A DNA stretch of 64,000 nucleotides from Selaginella moellendorffii (Eukaryota; Plantae; Lycopodiophyta), in contig NW_003314274.1 of the NCBI RefSeq assembly GCF_000143415.4, positions 500,806 through 564,805 of the forward strand. Direction: 5' to 3'. Made by a program: the position numbers and the translations under genes. Shown here one piece after another: positions 55,968 to 64,000 of this stretch; the first letter of the stretch is position 1, and each line of letters opens with the position of its first letter. The notes below the pieces were generated by a model. The model made no database searches. It was not told the DNA's origin and worked only from the letters and a program-made list of their open reading frames with translations.

Positions 55968-58394
55968 TGTCACACAGGTGGTAGGTGGCTGCAGCGACAT
56001 CGTAGCACTTCCACGCCATTTGACATTGAGGATGGTGGGTGGATTCTGTGGTGGTTGACGCGAGGTCATGCGAGGTCTCTTTGGAGACTTCCTCTTTGCA
56101 GTGCTTCACGAGGGGGTTTGTGCGGACAGCCCAAGTTCTTTCGAAGATGGGGCCCATTTCGAAGTGTTCTCGAGCACCTCTTTGCTTCACGGTGGAGGGA
56201 TGCAAGCTCTGGCTAGACGAGTCGGACGAAGTTCACGCCCCGAAGGTAGAGTTGCAACTGCGGACTACACTTTGTGGATGCGACGACGGGATTCACTTGG
56301 CATCTTCAGGTTCGAGTGGAGGAGTGCCTCGGGACAAGCTTCGAGTGTCTCGGGGCATAGCAGGTGGCTCTAGTCACGCGGTGGAGTCACCTGGGAGGCG
56401 AGACGAGTGGTCCACGAGCGACGCCGGATCATCGTGCTCGAGTGTGAGCTTCGCTAGAGAGTTTCTCGAGAGTGCGCTCTCACCCTCACTGACACCGTAT
56501 GGGTTAAGTGAGGGATCTATCTTTGTACTTTTGCCACACATGGTGGTCCCTTGGGGACGATGGGGAAATGGATATACCAGTTACTCGAACCGGGGACCTC
56601 TTCATTCTCGCCCTAAGTTTTTGAGGAGAGAGCTCGAAGGCACTAGAGAGAGAGTGTGGGAAAGAGGGAGGGAGCGAGCGTCCAGCGCGGCACAAGCATC
56701 GCAGACCGCAGCAGCAACACACGGAGCTCGTCTCCCTCCTCTTTCTCCTCTTTTCTCTCGCTCTCGGTCGGTTTTTTCAATTTCTCCCAAACGGCTGGGA
56801 GAAAATTCGATTCCTTCGACGGGGGGCTTCTAGGAGTGGAGCTCCACATCCTCCTAGAAGGCCGCAGCGAGATCTGCCACGGATCTGGAGATCTCGCTGG
56901 CCCTAGGTCGTCACTGATTTTTAGGGTTCTTCGGCGGCAGCTAGGGTTTTTCGGGGCTTGGAAGATCTGGAGGAGTGGAGAGGGCCGTCAGCAACATCAC
57001 AGCTGCAACAGCAACACGCAGTCTCCTCCTCTTCTTTTCGCTTCTCTTGGTTCACAGTTTTTTGGGAGCTCATAACTCCTAAACGGCTGGGAATTTTTTC
57101 ACCAAAATTCACAGGTGGATAGTTGGGATGAGATTCACATCCTCCCAAAAGCGCAGCTCCAAATTCTTCGCGGTTTCAGAGATCTCGCCTGCCCTAACTC
57201 GCGGCTAGGGTTAGGGTTCTTGGCTGGCGGCTAGGGCTTCTGCCCTAACTGCGGTTAGGGCAGGACTTAGGGTGGCGGCGGGATACTCGATCTGGCCAAA
57301 GTGTCAAGGATCTTCGTCACATGTGGTTGGTACGGCAGCAACATGGTGGAAACGCGGCCGTTGCTGGTCTTGCAGCTTCGAGCGGGATTTCTCGCCTTAG
57401 GTCTGGCCATGCAAGGTGGTGGCTAAGGTATGGAGAGCGTGGGGTTGCATGTGTCGAAGGTTCTTGGTGACTTGTGTCATGGAAACATGACCAAGTCATG
57501 AGAACTTTGTCACTGGTGGAGGATAATCCGGGACGAGCACAGAATAACTCTTAAATATTTAACCCAAAGAGTGAAGGGACAATCCTAGAGTAACCACAAT
57601 GCTAAAACTAATATGCAAAACTAAAATTAATACGCAAAACAGAGCCAAATGGAGTTTAGTACTATTTTAGCATACTAATGGACTAATGTAAGGACATGGT
57701 ACTCCACTAGCTAGTATGGTGTGGAATTTGGGTTTAGACCCAAGCCAAACACAGAACAAGGAGCGGGAGTTAGATTATGTCTCAGGTTGATAAACCATAC
57801 CCGACCTACCCCCTATCTTTATTATACATTTGGAACCCCCTATATCCCCCCTCCTCTCGTTTGAAGAACACACATCTTGGGCTTTTACCTTAAGCTTCCC
57901 TTAGTATCAAGAGTTAGTCTCTGTAAATATGGAATGTCCCTAGATTGCAAATTTGGATATGGGATGAACACCATTGTGTTCAGGATAATCTCTACATTTC
58001 AAGCGAATCTAGACACTTTCTATAAATAGTGTTTGGGACCGAAACAAGACTAACACAAAGAACATGATAGTGAAGGTGTTTGGCAGACATAATAAGTTAT
58101 CATCTAGCGATATTGAGGGACCAAGCTTAATATCGCAAGGGTTCTTGACATTAGCAAGTACAAGCTAATGACACAAGTTTCTCAAACCAAGCCGAGTATG
58201 TTCAACAAAGGGTTCTTACTTTATGTTTATCCAATTTAAGTGCATGTTTATTAACTAGTTTCTCAACTAGTTCAAGTGGGAACTGATAACTAGTCCAACA
58301 ATATTGACCTCATGCTGTCATGGTAGTAAGGAAAAAATATCCAAAAAGACTAGCCGACAGGTAACTTTTGATACCCGAAGTCACATTTGTGACA
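55968..58394. mobile_element. Probable LTR of an LTR retrotransposon (solo or truncated)
   Basis: Bounded by the 7-bp inverted repeat TGTCACA...TGTGACA. Non-coding, with an internal imperfect duplication (56790-56960 vs 57080-57240) and purine-rich flanks. No target-site duplication found. Confidence 0.45.
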
Positions 58395-59115
58395 AACACC
58401 ATCCCTTAAAGATATATAAAAAACTTTTGGGCATCATCCAAAGAATGATTTGTGGCAATCACTATAAAATGATTGAAACAATGGTTCACATCATCCATAA
58501 AATTCCTATAAAGGAAATCTAGCCAGATGCAAGGATTAACAATAAAAGCAAGAAGAGTTACACCATACATTATGAACATTACTATCATCTAAGTTTAATT
58601 GTTCAATTGCAACAATATAACATTGAGCAATTACATCAATTACTGGAAGAGGAAGAGAAGGCTATTATAACTATGCAATGAAAATGAACAAAAAGAAGAG
58701 GAAAAATAACCTAAGGAAAAGAGGAAAAATTAAAGGAATAAAAGAGATTTAAACAATGTAAAAGTTAAATTTAAACAATAATTTACTATGTGTAGTATAA
58801 AGCAATGCTTGGCTTGCTTAATATATTAATCCAATTGATCAAATAGAAGTTTATAATTATAAATATGTTTATAATTTATAAACACAAGATTAATCTTATT
58901 GCATATCAACCATTAGATGGTAGAATAAAAAAGAATATTCTAGAAAGTGTTTAGGAAAGTTTATAAATTATTAACATGTTTATAAATTTTAAATACAAGA
59001 TATAATAAGTAAAATATCCTAGAATATCCAAGCATATTTTAGGTATATTTATTACTTAAGCAAACCAAAAAGCTAACACTTAGACCTCACATTCCTTTCT
59101 TGGTTCTCAATAAAA

Positions 59116-61260
59116 TTACCAATTGCACCTTCTTAAGAACCCTTGCATGATGTTAACTAGATCCACGAGCAGCACATCACCCTCCTCGCATGGGTCCTGG
59201 AAACTAAAGCCCTGCCTACTGCACAAAACATACACCTTCTTCCTTCCTTCTACGTACTTCAAAGGTGAATTTGCAGCTCTAGCCCACTTGGCCACTTCGT
59301 CCCGACTCACGCGGCCTTCCTGTCCCTTGAGCTGGAACCAGAACTCGTACACCTCCCCGTCCACACCAATCAAGAACACTCTCCCATCCGTGCATGCCGT
59401 CCCCTTTTTGCACTTGAACACGAAACCAGCGCCTGTGGGTTGTGCCTCAGTTGGGTGCACATGGAGTCTCCTGTCCGCTCCAATCATTTGTTGATCACCT
59501 GGGCTATAAAACCTTTTCAGCTGCGGATCATAAAACTGATACTTCTCTTCAACCACTCCGTCACCCCGAGCCGCAACCACAACTCTGGTGTCAACCAGCT
59601 TCTTGTTCCCAACGGCCCCCGGAAAGATCTCACCAAGAGAAAGCGTTCGGCCTTCCAACACCCAGAACCTGGCATGCAGCATGTCCAAAAAGCCATCCTC
59701 CAGCACGTCACCTACTGCTGGCTGGGGCCTGAGAGCTACTACCCTCTCTGGGATCCCCAACCTCAGTCCAAGCGCATGAATAAGTAACATCGGGCTCTTA
59801 TAGACAACTCCACCGCCTTCCACCTCTTCAGAATACACATAACCGCTGAAACACGCTTCTTCCTCCCTCGTCATCTGCCCAACAGGTGGCCTTGGCATCA
59901 CCACCCCAGTGAGGCAAAGCCGAATCATTCGTTTCACGTTGTCGAGGTTTTCCCGCATGACTCGATCAACAGATGGCTGCAGCTGCAGAATCACGGAAGT
60001 TCGTAAGTGCGCAATGAAATCCCTTGCTGGAAGTTCCAGACCCTGGGCCTGTAACCATGCAGTGTAAATGTATTGAATCAGCCTCGGGACACAGCCGCAG
60101 TCTTCTAGGAGTATTTCCAGCTGCGTCCGAAATTCGTGAAAAAGATTATCCTTGATAAACATACTTAGTACCTCCAGCGCCGATTTCAAATCCAAGGGAG
60201 GTAGTGTGACGTTCACCTTGAGCCAGTCTGTTACCCCGTACTTTCCGCCTACAGGAAGAACTGTTCCTGCTAGAAGAGTGATAAAGCCAATGTTGCAGTC
60301 CTTGGCGATGGAGTTTCCAGCTGAGGAAGTCATGACTGTCACTAACCAGGAAAACATGCCTTTCAGGAAGGCTTCACCATCACAGCCAGCGGCACTCACG
60401 TCCCTTCCCAGTTGCTGTGACTCATCCACCAAAAGGTACAAGGCAACCATCTGATTCTCCGCTACCGCAAGCCCTTTCCTCACATGAGCTGAAACCTTCT
60501 GCACAGACACGCAGTCATCTCCCGCAAGGATCTCATTCTGCAGCGCAGACGGTAAGGCACCCCAAGGCTTGCCATACAGTATCTGCGAAACTACAGACAC
60601 CCGCAGAAAATCCCGGCCAGAATGGTAACCACCTCTCTCCTTACAGATTGCCACAAAAGCCGGATGCAGAAAATGAGGTGATGAATGGCCAACAGCCGAG
60701 CCATTGAAGGTGATGTACACCGCTGCCGTAGCTCCAACACGATGAAGCTCCTGCAATGCTGATGCCCTGCCTTTAAGCGCCTCTCCAACACGCTCCTTGG
60801 TCTCTAAAAGGAATCGAGTCTTCCCCACTCCAGCAAGGCCCTCCAGAGTGATGAAGAGCGCCTGCTCTCTGCTAATCCCACTAGATGCGAAAGTGGTGAA
60901 GTTCCTGTCAATCGTCTCTGCGAGCTTCTGCACGAGGCCGTCTCGACCTCTGAACGGAAGCGCGAAGTCGCAAACCACATCCGAGAAGGGCACCAAATTC
61001 GGGGGAATCTCTGTAGCCGCCTTACCACGCCTGAATGATTCCACCAGCAACCCGACGATTCCTGCGCGTCCCGGTAGAACACTCGCCAGATCCTCCTTTG
61101 TCGCCACTTCGAAAACCTGCGCCGTCAAGAAGCCGTGGCTGGCCAAATGTTCGTAGTCAGCATCCCGAAAAGGACTCAGATCCAGCTTCCTTTCGCGAAG
61201 CAGAGCCTTCACCCGCTCCACCTCCTCCTCCTCCTCTCTCCTCCTCTTCCGATCCGCCAT
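59116..61260 (-). CDS. Crinkler/RHS-type (CR) protein: N-terminal SAM-like header + P-loop NTPase + C-terminal PD-(D/E)xK restriction-endonuclease-like domain
   Basis: Intronless 714 aa. FRGRD, Walker A GLAGVGKT, YITFN, Walker B LYLLVDESQ, LLEDCGCVPRLI, then ACTDGRVFL...FWFQLK (D...QxK). Confidence 0.75.
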   Translation of the reverse strand: MADRKRRREEEEEVERVKALLRERKLDLSPFRDADYEHLASHGFLTAQVFEVATKEDLASVLPGRAGIVGLLVESFRRGKAATEIPPNLVPFSDVVCDFALPFRGRDGLVQKLAETIDRNFTTFASSGISREQALFITLEGLAGVGKTRFLLETKERVGEALKGRASALQELHRVGATAAVYITFNGSAVGHSSPHFLHPAFVAICKERGGYHSGRDFLRVSVVSQILYGKPWGALPSALQNEILAGDDCVSVQKVSAHVRKGLAVAENQMVALYLLVDESQQLGRDVSAAGCDGEAFLKGMFSWLVTVMTSSAGNSIAKDCNIGFITLLAGTVLPVGGKYGVTDWLKVNVTLPPLDLKSALEVLSMFIKDNLFHEFRTQLEILLEDCGCVPRLIQYIYTAWLQAQGLELPARDFIAHLRTSVILQLQPSVDRVMRENLDNVKRMIRLCLTGVVMPRPPVGQMTREEEACFSGYVYSEEVEGGGVVYKSPMLLIHALGLRLGIPERVVALRPQPAVGDVLEDGFLDMLHARFWVLEGRTLSLGEIFPGAVGNKKLVDTRVVVAARGDGVVEEKYQFYDPQLKRFYSPGDQQMIGADRRLHVHPTEAQPTGAGFVFKCKKGTACTDGRVFLIGVDGEVYEFWFQLKGQEGRVSRDEVAKWARAANSPLKYVEGRKKVYVLCSRQGFSFQDPCEEGDVLLVDLVNIMQGFLRRCNW

Positions 61261-61405
61261 GAATGGAAACCTAACGCCGAATTAGTTGTAACCTAGAAAT
61301 GCACTCTTTGGTTTGACACTATGTATAATGTACAGTACAGATATGCTTAGTTTAGATCCCATTACTACATAATCAAAGCACGCTATACTTCTGGGAATCA
61401 ACCGG

Positions 61406-63963
61406 TCAAAAAAAGATGTTGATCTCCTTTCCATCTTGTACTTCGCAAACGTGCTCTTTGGCTTCAGTCAGTGCCACCTGCATAGCGTAGCAAATGAGAG
61501 ACTGCTCAGAACACACACACACACACACACACACCCTGACCTTTCCATATTTCGTAAAGAAATTGTTCATGAGGTTTAGCGTCGTGACTGCCGCGTCCAC
61601 GTTGTTCTTGAGCGCCTGCGCTAGAGCGAAGGCTCCGTTATCCTGCACAAGAGAGGTTACAATCGAGCTATGGATGAAAAGAGTGTGGCTTATTACTCGT
61701 ATTTCGTTAAAGCCTAGGTCCAGCGACGTCAGAGTTTCGTTCACAACTTTTAGACTGCGAGCCAGGATCGCCGCACCCTGCTTCGAGACCACAATTGAGA
61801 AGCAGTGCAACCAAAACAAAAGCTCAACCTCATCGCCCAATCCGTTTGCACGCAGGTCGAGAGTTGACATTGTTGAGTTGTATTGTAAACACTCAGCGAA
61901 GGCCGCCGCTCCCTTGACTCCAATCTGATACAGAGTTTAAGTTAAGACGACATAGAGCAAGCCTCCCCACCTGACACCACCCAAGGCGGAGTGTTTGGAC
62001 GTTGCCATTATGTTTGAGAGTGTCCGCTAAGATTTTTGCGCCATCTCCACCAATCGGATTGTAGCTCATCTCTAGCTGCTCAAGGAGTTAAGCCCAAGAT
62101 CCAAGAGCTAAACCAAACCTTACCGATGTGATGGTGCTGTTGTCTTTCAAGGCATTGGCTATATGAGTGGCACCTGCAGCCGTGATATTGTTTCCTCCCT
62201 GACAAGCATACATGTCGTCGATAAGAAACCACGCCGAACTGCTTTTGAACTTACAATATCGATGGTAGAGATTGTCTTGTTCCGCTTTAATGCTTCTGCG
62301 ATTTTCTCGGCACCCTGTCACTGTGTTACCAGATTGCAAGAGAGTATTCCGAAAGCTTACTTCGTCACCAATGTCATTCATGTACAAGTTCAGCCACTGT
62401 ATACTTTTGCTTTTTTTCATATATTCTGCCACGTAGTAAACCCCTTTAGGACCAATGCTGTTGTTTCCAATATCAAGACTCGAGAGTTTTGCTGAGAAAA
62501 ACACCATCGATAAAAGAGCCCCACGAAGAAATTTTTTTTTAATACCTTTGCTTGAAGCCAAACCCTCCATTAAAGTACGAATACCCTCGTTGCCCATGCC
62601 GTTCCCATGCAAGTGAATCTCCTACATAAGCTCCCTGCTTCAATACACGGGGGAAACAATGAACGGAATAAGTCACCCTCAAAATTTTATTTTGTTCCAA
62701 TCCCTTCGCTAGAGCTAAAGCTCCAAGTGCGCCACCGTAGTTGCCACTGAAACATGAAACAGTTATCCCGATGTAAAGAAAAGCAAGAGAAAATAAGTTA
62801 CTTCAGATGCACGCCTCTGATGGTTTTATTTACAATCAAAGCCTCAGCAATAGCAGCAAAACCCTGAAGATAAGAAATTAAAGTGAAAGAAACAGCAAAC
62901 TGGAAACCTACTGGATAATCTATCGTATTGTTGTTCAGCTCTAGCACAACCAGAGTCTGGTTACTTTTAAGCGCATTCGCCAAGAGCTTTGCACCCTGCA
63001 ATTAAAATAAAATATGAGAAAAAAGGAATGAAACGAAGGAAAAGAACTAGACCTCGTCACTGATGTTGCAGCTATTTAATTGCAGCTTTTCTAGAGTCCC
63101 ATTCGTCTCCAATATGCCAGCAAAATCCTAAAAACCAATGAGATCTATTAGAAAAACAAAAAGAAAGTCGCAAAGTACCCCTGCTCCATCGTCACCAATA
63201 GGATTTCCAGACATGTTCAGCGTTTTCAAGTGGCTATTGGCGCGCAAGTACTTTCTCATTTCCGACGAGCCTACTGCTGTGATGTTGTTGGCGGAAAAAT
63301 CAGCGTATTCCAGCGACTATGAAGATAAAGATCAGTTCAAAACTGCTTGAAGCAAAGCTCATTCTCACTTTGTTGTATCCAAGGCTCGAAGACAAGATTT
63401 TGATCCCCTCATCGCCAAACTTACGACCTGCAAAGAAAAAGCTTGAACAAAACTCTCCAAGGAAAAAAGAAAAAGAAGCTCACCACTCATGTCAGCCTCG
63501 GGAAATGTTTGCAGCTCTTTGGAAAACTCACGGATCCGAGACATGCTCTCTTGTATGTATTTCTGCGTAGCCTCCGGAGAAGAAGGCTCCAAATTCGTGA
63601 TCTCCTCGGAAGGCCGCGAGGACATCCCACCACCAGACGAGAATTTTCGCACAGCTGCCCATCAAACATAGCCCTGTGATTTAGAACACCAATGCAAAGC
63701 AGCTCAGCTCTAAACTGGAGAAGAAAAGGAAGAAGAACGCACCAAAATATGCCGCTACCAGCAGCAACAGCGCTCCTCCAGTGCCGATTGCTACCTCGGA
63801 AGAGAGAAAATCCACAGGCAAGGAGAACTGCTGTGGCTGCTGCTGCTGCTTGAGACTCGGATTTCGGACAGCTCGCCTGGATCGCGCAGCGCAGCAGGTC
63901 ACAGCGCCACGCATTCGATGCCTTGCCCGCGATGTGGAAGAGCTGGAGCCCGGTTGAATCCAT
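61406..63963 (-). CDS. RNI-like leucine-rich-repeat protein (NLRC3-like annotation; EMB2004/At1g10510 homolog), multi-exon
   Basis: REFSKELQTFPEADMSG, NFGDEGI, LNMSGNPIGDDGA, LELNNNTIDY, LDIGNNSIGPKG, LDLRANGLGDE, LDLGFNEI. About 15 short GT-AG introns; transit-peptide-like N-terminus. Confidence 0.85.
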
Positions 63964-64000
63964 GGCGCAGGGAAAATGTGGATTCTAGCACCGCAGGCCA

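Noticed and set aside
56039-57075. 264-aa and 139-aa ORFs
   Set aside because: Low-complexity GC-rich frames inside the LTR-like segment with no gag/pol motifs.
63655-63675. Possible premature TGA (63664-63662) in the LRR gene
   Set aside because: Depends on the acceptor used. A phase-compatible AG at 63656-63655 skips it, so pseudogene status cannot be claimed without cDNA.

Overview
This is plant nuclear DNA, most likely the lycophyte Selaginella. That is an inference from ~50-bp introns, PLS-DYW PPRs, an ALDH21-type gene and a Chlamys-type Penelope element. Intact-looking genes lie mainly at the edges: SF3A1/PRP21 (1-1680, -), an intronless NPF/PTR transporter, a Crinkler-like NTPase-REase gene and an EMB2004-like LRR gene; one PPR-DYW ORF is open in the interior. 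The central ~50 kb is mostly mobile-element and pseudogene sequence in four parts. (i) A ~10-kb element (about 7.25-17.07 kb) carries a many-exon gene whose product looks like a ParB-like domain + beta-class DNA-methyltransferase-like domain + FCP1/NIF HAD-like domain. About 23 copies of one ~22-bp palindrome (ATGGCATGNGGCCTCATGCCAT) pepper this element, one in nearly every tiny intron, and I saw none elsewhere in the window. This is the best candidate for an undescribed system. (ii) Scrambled MON2, PPR and NIP fragments sit beside the PPR-DYW ORF. (iii) A 28S rDNA fragment is sandwiched between a Penelope-like (Chlamys-type) RT element and an L1-type LINE. (iv) A head-to-tail array of non-autonomous Helitrons (31.3-52.4 kb, - strand, with an exact CTAG|TC junction) carries captured fragments of kelch, ALDH21, TIC32-like SDR, FGAM synthase, peroxidase, kinase and amidohydrolase genes. 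All domain calls are by-eye motif recognition; no database search was run.
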